Positions 27,771-37,871 are shown, numbered from the stretch's first letter. The stretch is DNA of 55,866 nt from an uncultured Gammaproteobacteria bacterium (GCA_964459725.1 CAYWNT010000008.1:3694-59559), one strand, 5' to 3'. Notes: generated by a model not told the origin, from the sequence alone. Translations and numbers: made by a program.

Positions 27771-29924
27771 TTAGCTTTCCATCAAAACTCTAACCAGCCT
27801 GAGCTCATCATAACCATATTTACCGCCTAAGTGCTCAAACACCGGCTTCAGGAATTCGTCGCCGATTTCCTCGAAGCCTTTTTTTATTTCCTCATATTTA
27901 TCACGAGGGAGTTTTAGGTATTCTAGGTCTAGATTCTCACCTGCATCAATCATTTTTTCAATATGATTTATAATTGTGCTTGGTTTTTTGTCTAGACGTT
28001 TAGCGATTGATTTTATTGGACTTTTCTTTTTTAGAAGTTCTTTGGTGCGGATATAATATTCTGGTTTGCGGATTTTAATGTCAGTAACAATATTTTCTTT
28101 TTTTACTTTTTTTGCAGAGGAAATAATTTCCTTTGATTCTATATTATTGTCAGTAGCAAATTTTGAAATATTTTTTATAAAAATATCCCCAAATTTTTCT
28201 AACTTTTTAGCACCAACACCGGAAATTTGTGAGAATGATTTTTTGTCCTGTGGGAAATAGTATGCCATTTCCCTAAGAGATACATCTCCGAAAATAACAA
28301 AAGGTGGCACGTTGCTTTTTTCTGCTTGTTTTTTTCTTAAATCTCTTAGAATATCAAAAAGCTCGATGTTGTAATCCAGTGCTTCCTTCTTCTGCTTGGT
28401 ATCAACTAGTTCTATTTGAGGTTTTGGAAGTTCTAGCTTGTCTTCTGACTGCAAGAACAGAGCTCCTTTCTTAGTAATAGAGAGTGTGGGATATTTTCCT
28501 TCTTGCTTTAGGATGTAGTCAAGATTTGTGAGATGTTTTATGATATGTCCTAGTTCATCAGCGTTAAAGTCCTTTACAATGCCGAACACGCTTAAGTTCT
28601 CGTGGTTGTTGCGTACAACTCTTTTTGCTTTTCGTCCGAGTAGGACTTCAATAATATAAGCAGCTCCAAAACGACTCTCTGTTCTAAGGATTGCCGAAAG
28701 TATTTTCTTGGAAATGGTGGTAGCGTCAAACATCTCTTTTTCAGTGGTGCAAGAATCACAAGATTTACAATTATTTTTTTTCTGTTCTTCTCCAAAGTAT
28801 TTGAGCAAGTATTTTTTACGGCAGGTAGTAAGATCGGCGAAAGCGAGAACCTGGCTTAGTTTCTCTCGAGCCATTTCAGCCTGCGTGGCATCATCCATTT
28901 GATTAATAAAGAATTCATGCTTGCGATTGTCAGCATAGGTATAGAACATGATGCACTCACTAGGCAATCCGTCTCGGCCTGCTCTGCCGATTTCTTGGTA
29001 GTATCCTTCTAGTGTTTTGGGAAAGGTATAATGCACCACTAGTCTGACATCCGGTTTGTCGATCCCCATGCCAAAGGCGATAGTCGCTACTATGATATTA
29101 ACTTCGTCCTTAATGAAGGCTTCTTGAGCTAGTTTTCTTTTGCTCGTTTCTAGCCCGGCGTGATAAGCGCGCGCCTTGAATCCGTTTAATTTTAGATTCT
29201 CAGCTATTTCTTCTGTTTCTTTACGGCTAAAACAATAAATAATTACTGATTCATTTTTATATTTTTGTAAAATGTTTACTAGTTTAGGAAAAGCTTGCTT
29301 TTTCTCGGTAACAGAGATATTCAGATTTTCTCGATCGAAACTTGAAATAAAGGTTTCAGCCTTTTTCAGATCGAGTTGGTTTAAGATGTCATTTCTCACC
29401 TTGGAGGTGGCCGTAGCAGTCAGGGCAATAATTGGAATTTGAGGGAATAGTTTCTTGAGTTCACTTAGATTGCGATAATCAGGTCTGAAATCATGACCCC
29501 ATTCACTAATACAATGAGCCTCGTCAACAGCAATTAGATTGATGCTTAAGGTTTTTAAAAATTCCTTGAAGGCCGGAAGCGCAAATCTTTCAGGAGCGAT
29601 GTAGAGTATTTTGGTTTCATTATTTTGTGCTTTTTTGTATATTTCATCAATTTGCGCTGGAAGTAGGGTAGAGTTTATAAACTCAGCCTCAATTCCATTA
29701 GCTCTTAGTGAGTCAACTTGATCTTTCATAAGGGCGATCAAGGGTGAGATAACTAGGGTTATACCCTCAAACTTCAAAGCTGGCAGTTGATAGCAAAGAG
29801 ATTTTCCTCCTCCAGTCGGCATCAAAACAAAGGCGTCTTTGTTATCTAAGACACTGTCAATAATTTCTTCCTGCAAAGGACGAAATTCATCATAGCCAAA
29901 ATATTTTTTAAGTATGTTTAACAT
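27771..29924 (-). CDS. recQ: DNA helicase RecQ
   Basis: MPTGGGKSLCYQ, DEAHCISEWGHDFRP, QEIGRAGRDG; RQC, HRDC and C-terminal HTH domains. Confidence 0.97.
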   Translation of the reverse strand: MLNILKKYFGYDEFRPLQEEIIDSVLDNKDAFVLMPTGGGKSLCYQLPALKFEGITLVISPLIALMKDQVDSLRANGIEAEFINSTLLPAQIDEIYKKAQNNETKILYIAPERFALPAFKEFLKTLSINLIAVDEAHCISEWGHDFRPDYRNLSELKKLFPQIPIIALTATATSKVRNDILNQLDLKKAETFISSFDRENLNISVTEKKQAFPKLVNILQKYKNESVIIYCFSRKETEEIAENLKLNGFKARAYHAGLETSKRKLAQEAFIKDEVNIIVATIAFGMGIDKPDVRLVVHYTFPKTLEGYYQEIGRAGRDGLPSECIMFYTYADNRKHEFFINQMDDATQAEMAREKLSQVLAFADLTTCRKKYLLKYFGEEQKKNNCKSCDSCTTEKEMFDATTISKKILSAILRTESRFGAAYIIEVLLGRKAKRVVRNNHENLSVFGIVKDFNADELGHIIKHLTNLDYILKQEGKYPTLSITKKGALFLQSEDKLELPKPQIELVDTKQKKEALDYNIELFDILRDLRKKQAEKSNVPPFVIFGDVSLREMAYYFPQDKKSFSQISGVGAKKLEKFGDIFIKNISKFATDNNIESKEIISSAKKVKKENIVTDIKIRKPEYYIRTKELLKKKSPIKSIAKRLDKKPSTIINHIEKMIDAGENLDLEYLKLPRDKYEEIKKGFEEIGDEFLKPVFEHLGGKYGYDELRLVRVLMES

Positions 29925-29960
29925 GTTTTTTAATTAATTGGGCGAAGAGGGGAGTTTTAA

Positions 29961-31052
29961 TTACTTCAACACATATTCCATTCCCCCGACATTTTTTACC
30001 ATTCCTTTCATTTCCATGATGGTTAGAGTGCTGCTAACAACTGATGTGGACATTTTTGTGTCTTGAATGATGTCATTGATATGAGTTGGGTCGTGGGATA
30101 GGGTAGCCAGTAGCAGGGTCTCTTCTTCTGTTTCAGGAAGTGTTTTTTTGCTTTCAATATGCGTCTTTACATTTTCAAGTCCTAGAGCGTCTATTATATC
30201 ACTTGCTGAGGTTACCGGGTGAGCACCTTGCTTGATCAGGTTATTTGGCCCCTTGGATACTAAAGAAAAGATGTTCCCAGGCACAGCCAAGACTTCTCGG
30301 TTTTGTTCTAGAGAGCATTTGGCTGTAATTAATGCGCCAGATTTTTCAGCTGCTTCTACAACCAGTGTTCCCAGGGATAGACCGGAAACGATTCTGTTTC
30401 TCTGGGGGAAGTGGTGCTTTAGTGGAGGGGTGCCTATGGGAAACTCTGAGAAGATGACTCCTCCGGAGTCAATTATTCTTTCTGCCAATTGTTTGTTGGA
30501 GCTTGGGTATACGCTTTGGTTGTCTATTCCAGTTCCCAGAACTGCTACGGTATGCCCTGAGTTTTTTATGGTTTCGTAGTGGGCCAGTGAATCTATCCCT
30601 ATGGCTAAACCACTTATGATGCCAATTTGGGCTTCAGTAAGACTGGGGATGATATTCTCTATGGCCATTCTACCGTAAGATGTAAACTTTCTAGCCCCTA
30701 CGACTGAAATGTTAAATTCATGGAGATTGTCTAGGTTCCCTTTATAATAGAGAATTTCAGGTGGGTCAAAAATTTCCGAGAGAAGTTTCGGATATTTATC
30801 GTCATTTGGAGTGATGATTTTTATGTTTTCTTTATTTAGCTTTTCCAGGATTTGGTCTAGGTTTATTTCTTTTCTTTCTTGGATAAATTCATTGGCAACT
30901 TTTTCATTGATTCCTGCCTTGATTAGCTGATCAGAATTAGCTTGAAAAGCGTCCTCTGTCGTCTGGAAATATCTCTTTAGCTTACTCAAACTGACAGGAC
31001 CAAACTTCCAAAAACTGGAAAGACCTACTAAATATTTGCTATTTTTGTCCAT
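29961..31052 (-). CDS. dprA: DNA-processing protein DprA
   Basis: SGLAIGID, FPQRNRIVSG, EAAEKSGALITA; ATG at 31052 preferred. Confidence 0.96.
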   Translation of the reverse strand: MDKNSKYLVGLSSFWKFGPVSLSKLKRYFQTTEDAFQANSDQLIKAGINEKVANEFIQERKEINLDQILEKLNKENIKIITPNDDKYPKLLSEIFDPPEILYYKGNLDNLHEFNISVVGARKFTSYGRMAIENIIPSLTEAQIGIISGLAIGIDSLAHYETIKNSGHTVAVLGTGIDNQSVYPSSNKQLAERIIDSGGVIFSEFPIGTPPLKHHFPQRNRIVSGLSLGTLVVEAAEKSGALITAKCSLEQNREVLAVPGNIFSLVSKGPNNLIKQGAHPVTSASDIIDALGLENVKTHIESKKTLPETEEETLLLATLSHDPTHINDIIQDTKMSTSVVSSTLTIMEMKGMVKNVGGMEYVLK

Positions 31053-31088
31053 AAAATCAGTAAAAAACAAGATTTTTGACCCTGCCTA

Positions 31089-31116
31089 TTGACAAAATTT
31101 TTTAATATGATAGACT
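31089..31116 (+). promoter_or_regulatory. Sigma70 promoter divergent from dprA
   Basis: TTGACA-16-TAGACT with extended -10 TG. Confidence 0.65.
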
Positions 31117-31122
31117 AATATA

Positions 31123-31285
31123 TTACAAAAATTTTTTCGATATTCAGATTACTGCTTGCCAAAAGATTATTATTCTTTCTAGATGCTTCATCCTCCTTGG
31201 GTATTTATTCAGAATGATTATTTCTTTGTGGCAAGCGGTAATCTGAACGTCGATTCTAGCCGAGATTATTTATCTCGGTTTTTTG
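31123..31285 (+). ncRNA. Candidate ~160-nt hairpin sRNA with a UCCUCCU apical loop
   Basis: Promoter, rod-like stem 31137-31253 with G-U pairs that favour the + strand, then terminator 31258-31284. Confidence 0.55.
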
Positions 31286-31322
31286 TTTTTTTAGAGGGCT
31301 TACTAAGAGTGGTGAGTTTCGT

Positions 31323-31868
31323 CTACAAGAGTTCATTTTCTATTTCCTTGGAAATATTATTAATAACTTCTATTTCTTCTTTATTGAATCTTTGTAAAAC
31401 AAATTTAACTCCTGGTACTTTGTCTAGTAAAGATGTTTTGATTCCTACTCTTATTCTTTCGAAGTTTTTTGTTTTGAGATGTTTGATGATTGACTCTACT
31501 CCGTTATGTCCGGCACTTCTGGAGCCAATTGATTTTTTGTATTTACCAAGTTCGATATCTAAATCATCGTGAACTACAATCAGATTGTCTAGTTCACTGT
31601 TGTTTTTTTTGAATAACCCCATTTTTTTCGGTAGCAATCCATAATAAGACATGATAGCTTCTATAGCTCGGCCAGAGTTATTCATATAGGTCATTGGTTT
31701 TATAAATATTGTATCTTCATGGCGGCAGACTTCGGCATTGAACTTCTTTGACTTGGTCCAGTGTAAATCTAGGCTATCTGCTATTTTATCAATAATTATA
31801 AAGCCAGCATTGTGACGAGTTTTATTGTATTTTTCATCTGGGTTACCCAGACCGGCGACTATTTTCAT
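31323..31868 (-). CDS. pth: Peptidyl-tRNA hydrolase
   Basis: GLGNP...TRHNAGF, KPMTYMNNSG, VHDDLD, GHNGV. Confidence 0.97.
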   Translation of the reverse strand: MKIVAGLGNPDEKYNKTRHNAGFIIIDKIADSLDLHWTKSKKFNAEVCRHEDTIFIKPMTYMNNSGRAIEAIMSYYGLLPKKMGLFKKNNSELDNLIVVHDDLDIELGKYKKSIGSRSAGHNGVESIIKHLKTKNFERIRVGIKTSLLDKVPGVKFVLQRFNKEEIEVINNISKEIENELL

Positions 31869-33375
31869 TCTCTTGATCTTCGTCTGCAGTTTTTGCAGAT
31901 TCTATTAATTCATCTTCCTCTTCTTTTTTCTCAGATTTTCCATGTGTTTTTCTTTTGCGTGCTACTTCGATATGAATTGGAGTGCCGGTAAAATTGAAGA
32001 AAGATCTTAGTCTGTTTTCAATGTATCTGATATAGGAATTGTCTAGAGAGTCCTGGGGGCCGATCACTACTGAAAACTTCGGGGGATCAACATGGACCTG
32101 CTTGAGCTTGTAAATGTATGGATTTTTCAAGCCTCTGCCTTTGATTGGTGGATGTTTTTTAATAATTTTCATCAAGAATTTTGTCAGGTAATTTTCATTG
32201 ATTTCTTGTTTTCTTGCTTCGGAAATTTCTGTAACTAAGTCGAGTATTTTTTGAGTCTTTTCTCCGGTTAGGGCAGAGATGAATTGGATTGGTGCCCAAG
32301 TGGCAAAAGGAAGAGTCTTGTATATTTCCTGGGTATATCCCTTGGTGTCTCTCTCTTCAATTAAGTCCCATTTGTTCGCTACGATAATAAGACTCGCATG
32401 TCTAGCAATAACTTCATCGATAATTTTGGTTTCTTGCTTGGTAAGTCCTTCATTTAAGTCGATAATCAGAAGAGCAACATCAGCCCTGCTTAGAGCGTGT
32501 AGAGACTTTTCTATGGAGAGTTTTTCCAGGGTGTTTTTTAGCTTATTTCTCTTGGCCTGTTTTCTTCCTTGTTTGCTGATTCCGGCGGTATCAATAAAAT
32601 TTATAACATGGTCGTTATAGGCAATTTGAGTGTCTTTTGGCTCCCTGGTAGTGTGAGCCTCGGAGCTGACAATCATTTTTTTGAGCCTTTCTTCATCGGT
32701 TTTATTTTTTTCAATAAAAGCATTAATCAGACTTGATTTTCCTGAGTTGGGTTTCCCTATGAGACAGACATTGATAATGTCTTTTTTCTTTTTGACGTCT
32801 TTTCTTTTTCTTATTTTTAGTCTTTTTACGATGACATCTAGCATGTCTCCGGTTCCTGAGCTGTTAGTAGCTGAAATTGCCAATGGATCACCAAGAGATA
32901 ATTTGTTGAACTCTGAAATGTCCTTTCGAAGACTCGGACTGTCAGCCTTGTTGGCGATGAGCACAATTTTGTCAGAGTCAGGAAGAATTTTCTTGAGGGT
33001 TAGGGCCATTTTCTTGTCATCACCCAGGAGCCCAGCCTTGGTGTCGACTAGAAACAAAATCAAATCAGCTCGCGATAAATAATCGCGGGCTTGTTGTTGT
33101 ACATTTTGGTCTATATCGTTTTCCTTCTTTTGTTTTTTCTTTTCTTTTTTAGTGAGAGCTAGTTGTTTGATATCTAGAATTCCTCCAGTGTCTACTATAT
33201 CGAAATGTTTTCCTTGCCACTCAACACTTCCTATGTTTGAGTCTCTGGTGGTGCCTTCAATATCGGAAACTAGGGCATTTTTCTTTTCTGTTAGAGTATT
33301 AAAAAGAGTAGACTTACCAACATTGGTACGTCCAAAGAGAACTACTAACGGATTTTTTTTCTTTGCTTTGGTCAT
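31843..33375 (-). CDS. der: Ribosome biogenesis GTPase Der (EngA)
   Basis: Two G domains (GRTNVGKS, GKPNSGKS), DTGG/DTAG, NKAD/NKWD, KH-like C-terminus. Confidence 0.96.
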   Translation of the reverse strand: MTKAKKKNPLVVLFGRTNVGKSTLFNTLTEKKNALVSDIEGTTRDSNIGSVEWQGKHFDIVDTGGILDIKQLALTKKEKKKQKKENDIDQNVQQQARDYLSRADLILFLVDTKAGLLGDDKKMALTLKKILPDSDKIVLIANKADSPSLRKDISEFNKLSLGDPLAISATNSSGTGDMLDVIVKRLKIRKRKDVKKKKDIINVCLIGKPNSGKSSLINAFIEKNKTDEERLKKMIVSSEAHTTREPKDTQIAYNDHVINFIDTAGISKQGRKQAKRNKLKNTLEKLSIEKSLHALSRADVALLIIDLNEGLTKQETKIIDEVIARHASLIIVANKWDLIEERDTKGYTQEIYKTLPFATWAPIQFISALTGEKTQKILDLVTEISEARKQEINENYLTKFLMKIIKKHPPIKGRGLKNPYIYKLKQVHVDPPKFSVVIGPQDSLDNSYIRYIENRLRSFFNFTGTPIHIEVARKRKTHGKSEKKEEEDELIESAKTADEDQENENSRRSG

Positions 33376-33379
33376 TTAT

Positions 33380-34876
33380 TTATTCTATTGGATTTTCAAT
33401 TCCGGAGCCAGTAACATCAGCTTCACTGCCTATGATAAGAATGAAGTCAGGTTGAACCGGGTTTTCTTCGTTTGTTTGCTTTTCACTGATATCTGTAATT
33501 AGCCATTCAGGAAGACTGGTCGAAACATTGGCATTTGTTTTTTCTTTTAATATGGTGAGTGAATCTTTTTTTTCTCCGTAAGTTAAATCGTAAATAACTG
33601 ATTTTTGGAAATTTTGTCTGCTGGAATTACCGATTTTGGCAATAGTGAATCCGAGTCTTTCGATGTCTTGGGCGGTTTGTGAAGCCAGGCCGTTTATCCA
33701 AGTGCCATTATAGATCTCTACTGATGATTTTTCTTCTATTACTTTTAGCTTTACCTCCTTAGGTACATCCAGGAAAATATTTTTTACAAAGTATTGTATT
33801 TCTTCAAAGTCACCACTTAGAGGGGAGAGAATGTATGCTCCTTCCTCGCTTCGACCTGTTGTTAGGAGGCCATTTGGTCCGTCGTCTAGGACCTTGCTAT
33901 AAATGTGCTTTTTTTCAATTTCCTTGGCAATGTCCCACAGTCTCAGTATTTCCCATACCTTCAAATTGGTATGGATATGTTCTTTCAATTCAGTGAAGAT
34001 ATTTAATATCGTTTTAGGATTGAGAAGTGTCCCAGAGGATAAGGCTTTGTCCTTGAAGGCGGAAATAATTTTCTGCTGTCTTCTTGCTCTGGCAAAGTCA
34101 GATCCTTCAATTCCGGCTGCGTGGCGGGACCTGGCATATTTCAGCGCCAATGTTCCGTCCATGTATTGCTCACCCTTTTCTATATATAAATGTTCAAATC
34201 TAGATTCATATGGCTCTGCTGATTCTCTGCCAGGGACAGGGTAGGACGGGTCACTGAGAGTGTTCTCTACATCCACCAGAAGACCTCCCAGTTCGTCGAC
34301 TATATTTACGAAGCCATCAAAATCGATTCGGAAAAAATAATCAACCGGCACCCCGAAGATATCGCTCACTGCTTGGCTAGTGGCTAGCCCACCACTTCCC
34401 GGGTTATCCATCTCAGCATAAGCATTGATATGATTTATTTTTCTCCATCCGAAGTTTTCGATCGGAACTGCTAAATCGCGTGGTATGGAAATAAGAAAAA
34501 CTTTTTTTGTAGAAGGCTCAATTGAGGCAAGCATCAGAGTGTCTGCTAGATATCCTCCCTCATGATGTTTTCCGCCCATTCCAAGGAGAAGGACATTAAT
34601 CCTGTCATTTTTCTCGCCTTTTAAATTTCGGTCAGCACTTTCTGCTAGATGTTTTATTTGTTTGATGATCGGTAAATTCAAAAACCATGAGGTTGACCCC
34701 TGGTCTGATACAATTACCTTGTTGGAAAAAACAAAAAATATTGTTACCAGGAAACAAGCAGCATAAACTAGTACTTTTAGAAATACTTTTTTCTTTTTGC
34801 TCTTTTTGTTTGTATCTTTACTTGGCTCTTCTTGTATTGTTTCTTCTTTTGCAGGTTCGGAATATTCTATATTCAT
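33380..34876 (-). CDS. LCP (LytR-CpsA-Psr) family protein with LytR C-terminal domain
   Basis: NVLLLG, DTLML, SIPRD, ARSRH, SDFARARRQQ, YNGT..NGLA. Confidence 0.93.
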   Translation of the reverse strand: MNIEYSEPAKEETIQEEPSKDTNKKSKKKKVFLKVLVYAACFLVTIFFVFSNKVIVSDQGSTSWFLNLPIIKQIKHLAESADRNLKGEKNDRINVLLLGMGGKHHEGGYLADTLMLASIEPSTKKVFLISIPRDLAVPIENFGWRKINHINAYAEMDNPGSGGLATSQAVSDIFGVPVDYFFRIDFDGFVNIVDELGGLLVDVENTLSDPSYPVPGRESAEPYESRFEHLYIEKGEQYMDGTLALKYARSRHAAGIEGSDFARARRQQKIISAFKDKALSSGTLLNPKTILNIFTELKEHIHTNLKVWEILRLWDIAKEIEKKHIYSKVLDDGPNGLLTTGRSEEGAYILSPLSGDFEEIQYFVKNIFLDVPKEVKLKVIEEKSSVEIYNGTWINGLASQTAQDIERLGFTIAKIGNSSRQNFQKSVIYDLTYGEKKDSLTILKEKTNANVSTSLPEWLITDISEKQTNEENPVQPDFILIIGSEADVTGSGIENPIE

Positions 34877-35086
34877 AATATAATCTTAATTTAAATTTTT
34901 TGTGAATTTATATAGGTAATTATAACTAATATTATGTATTTTTTCAATGGCTAATAGCCCCTAATTTATGGGCTTGATTTTTTTAGCGGTAAATGTTATT
35001 ATATTTAAAGAGTTTTTAAAAAATAAAAGATTTAAACAATAAAAAAAAGAAAGTAATTTCTTGTTTTTTATTTTTTTATTTAGGCT

Positions 35087-35644
35087 ATGTTTAGAAAATT
35101 TGTTTTGTTTGTATTTGAGTTAATGAAGATTGTGATTATTTGTTTGGTTATAATAATTCCAGTACGTCATTTTTTGATTCAACCTTTTTATGTAAAAGGA
35201 GCATCAATGGAGCCTAGTTTTTATAATAAAGAATATTTAATAATAGACGAAATATCATATCGTTTTAATGAACCTGAAAGGGGAGATGTAGTTGTTTTTC
35301 GTTATCCTAGAAATCCACAAGAATTTTTTATAAAAAGATTGATAGGTCTTCCTGGAGAAAGTGTTCAGATAAAAGATAATAAAATTATCATATTTAATAA
35401 AGAAAATAAAGACGGATTTGTATTAAGCGAAGGTTACCTTTTAGAAAATATGCAAACTTATAGTAGTTCTGAGGAAGTAGTTGAACTGGGAGATGATGAA
35501 ATTTTTGTTTTAGGAGACAATCGCAATGCCTCAAAGGATTCGAGGGTGTTTGGTCCTGTTAATGAAAGTTTTGTAGTTGGAAAAGTGCTTTTGAGAGGAT
35601 GGCCATTTGATAGAATTGATGTATTTAATGCACCAGTTTATTAA
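35087..35644 (+). CDS. lepB: Signal peptidase I
   Basis: GASMEP, FIKRLIGLPG, GDNRNASKDSR. Confidence 0.96.
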   Translation: MFRKFVLFVFELMKIVIICLVIIIPVRHFLIQPFYVKGASMEPSFYNKEYLIIDEISYRFNEPERGDVVVFRYPRNPQEFFIKRLIGLPGESVQIKDNKIIIFNKENKDGFVLSEGYLLENMQTYSSSEEVVELGDDEIFVLGDNRNASKDSRVFGPVNESFVVGKVLLRGWPFDRIDVFNAPVY

Positions 35645-35720
35645 TTTATTTTTTAAACTAGATTTATTATCTTAAACACATAAAATTCCCCGATTATTTA
35701 ATGTAATATTATTTATAATT

Positions 35721-37082
35721 ATGCCAAAAAAACAAGTAAAAAAGAAAGAAGTAAAAACTGAACCAAAAACTAGAAAGCCAAAGAAGTTTTCTAGATTAAG
35801 AGGGATGAAAGATGTTCTTTTTGATGAGTATAAGTATTGGAATTTGATATTGAAAAAATCAGCCGATTTAGCCTCTGTTTATGGTTTTAATAAGATTGAT
35901 ACCCCCATCATGGAAAAGGCTGAGATATATGAAAAGTCAACCGGCAAGGATACTGATGTCGTGTCAAAGGAGATGTATTCCTTTGTAGATAAGGGTGGAG
36001 ACAGGATTGCACTACGTCCAGAGGCTACACCCGGATTGGTAAGAGCCTATATTGATCACGGGATGTTTAACCTACCTCAACCAGTAAAAACATATTGGAT
36101 GGGTAAAATTTTTCGTCATGAAAAACCACAGTCTGGTCGCCTTAGACAGCATACTCAGGTTAACTTTGATATTTTTGGCGAGGAAAGTCCGGTAGCAGAT
36201 GCTCAGTTAATCTTGATTGCTTATAACTTCTTTAGCGAATTACAGATCAATGTACAGATTGAAATAAATAGTATTGGATGTGATGAGTGTCGTCCCGGGT
36301 ATATCAAAAGTTTAATAGAGTTTTACAAAGAAAGGGGGAAGAGGTCAAAGCTTTGCAATGATTGTAAAAAAAGATTTACAAAAAATCCGTTACGTCTCTT
36401 GGATTGTAAGGAAAAGCAATGTATCGAGGTCAGAGAGTCAGCTCCGCAGTTGGTGGATTTCCTTTGCGATGATTGCCGAGATCACTTCATAAAGGTGCTG
36501 GAGTACTTAGATGAGATGTCTATTCCTTATAATCTACAGCCTTCCTTGGTTCGTGGATTAGATTATTATAACAGGACAGTATTTGAAATTATCGCAGTGG
36601 ATGATGAGGAAGAGGAGCAGGAAAAAAAGAGACAGTCGTCATTAGGTGGCGGAGGACGTTACGATAACTTGGTGGAAGACATGGGAGGAAGACCTACTCC
36701 TGTTTGTGGATTCGGACTAGGTGTTGAGAGAGTGATTCTGAAAATAAAAGAAAAAAATATACCAATAAAGAAGGACAAAGAAGATATTATTTTTATTGCC
36801 CAGCTAGGAGATCAGGCCAGAAGAAAAGCTTTTGTTCTCTTCGAGGAGATGAGAAAAAATGGGTATATTGCTAGACAGTCTTTTACTAAAAATAGCCTGA
36901 AGACCCAATTGGAAGAAGCTAATAGGATTGGAGCAAGATTCTCAATGATTCTTGGACAAAAGGAATTACTAGATGGTACTATTATTTTCAGGGATATGAT
37001 TACAGGAACGCAGGAGGTAATTGACTATAAAAAAATATATAATGAAATTGACAAGAGATTAAACTTGGAAGAAAAACTATAA
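35721..37082 (+). CDS. hisS: Histidine--tRNA ligase
   Basis: LRPEAT, FRHEKPQSGR, LVRGLDYY, GGGRYD. Confidence 0.97.
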   Translation: MPKKQVKKKEVKTEPKTRKPKKFSRLRGMKDVLFDEYKYWNLILKKSADLASVYGFNKIDTPIMEKAEIYEKSTGKDTDVVSKEMYSFVDKGGDRIALRPEATPGLVRAYIDHGMFNLPQPVKTYWMGKIFRHEKPQSGRLRQHTQVNFDIFGEESPVADAQLILIAYNFFSELQINVQIEINSIGCDECRPGYIKSLIEFYKERGKRSKLCNDCKKRFTKNPLRLLDCKEKQCIEVRESAPQLVDFLCDDCRDHFIKVLEYLDEMSIPYNLQPSLVRGLDYYNRTVFEIIAVDDEEEEQEKKRQSSLGGGGRYDNLVEDMGGRPTPVCGFGLGVERVILKIKEKNIPIKKDKEDIIFIAQLGDQARRKAFVLFEEMRKNGYIARQSFTKNSLKTQLEEANRIGARFSMILGQKELLDGTIIFRDMITGTQEVIDYKKIYNEIDKRLNLEEKL

Positions 37083-37115
37083 AAAAATATGATTTATAAT
37101 AAAATAAAACATTCT

Positions 37116-37128
37116 AGAAAGGCAGGTG
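37116..37128 (+). promoter_or_regulatory. Extended Shine-Dalgarno of rpsU
   Basis: AGAAAGG(C)AGGTG, 4 nt before the ATG. Confidence 0.65.
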
Positions 37129-37132
37129 TACT

Positions 37133-37375
37133 ATGGTAGAATTCAAAAGAAAAAAAGGCGAAAGCTTTGAAGGTTTCCTGAGAAGATTTAACAAAACATT
37201 GATCAAGAGTAGAAAGTTGAAAGAAGCAAGAAGAAGAAAATACTTGCAACCGAAAAAAAACAAAGCCAAGCAAAAAGAACAAGCATTATTAGGAATAGAG
37301 ATTAATAAAAAGAATGATTATCTAAAGAGAATTGGGAAGATCAAGGAAGACATGAGAACCAACAGAAGAAGATAG
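37133..37375 (+). CDS. rpsU: 30S ribosomal protein bS21
   Basis: ESFEGFLRRF.K motif, very basic, followed by yqeY (conserved rpsU-yqeY synteny). Confidence 0.85.
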   Translation: MVEFKRKKGESFEGFLRRFNKTLIKSRKLKEARRRKYLQPKKNKAKQKEQALLGIEINKKNDYLKRIGKIKEDMRTNRRR

Positions 37376-37402
37376 TCACTAATAAATTTAATATTTATTA
37401 AA

Positions 37403-37852
37403 ATGCAATTGTTTGAAGAAATAAACAATGATTTAAAACAGGCTATGCGAGAGAAGAAGGCATTAGATCTTTCTGTTTTGCGTATGCTAGTTTCGTCATT
37501 ACAAAATAAGAAAATATCACTAGGTAAAGATGCAGAGTTGTCAGATGAGATCGTGACTGAAGTAGTGAAAAGCGAAATCAAGAAGAGAAAGGATTCGATT
37601 CTCTCTTATCGTGATGGAGGACGAGATGACCTAGCTGAGGCAGAAGAAAAAGAAATAAGTATTATTGAGAAATACATGCCAGAGCAAATGAGCCAAGAAG
37701 AACTGGAAAAGGTGGTTAAAGAAGTGATAGATTCAATGGGCGAAGTTGGCCCAGGAGATTTTGGAAAAGTCATGGGAGCGGTCATGGGCAGAGTAAAGGG
37801 AAAGGCAGACGGCACCATGGTGAGCGGAGCAGTGAAGCAATTACTTAGTTAG
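37403..37852 (+). CDS. yqeY: GatB/YqeY domain protein
   Basis: DLKQAMR, KKRKDSI, GR.DLA..E..E, GKVMG.VM...KGKADG. Confidence 0.95.
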   Translation: MQLFEEINNDLKQAMREKKALDLSVLRMLVSSLQNKKISLGKDAELSDEIVTEVVKSEIKKRKDSILSYRDGGRDDLAEAEEKEISIIEKYMPEQMSQEELEKVVKEVIDSMGEVGPGDFGKVMGAVMGRVKGKADGTMVSGAVKQLLS

Positions 37853-37871
37853 AGTTTGACTTCTAATATAT

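Noticed and set aside
31183-31572. 129-aa + strand ORF
   Set aside because: Runs through a terminator and is antisense to pth; shadow ORF.
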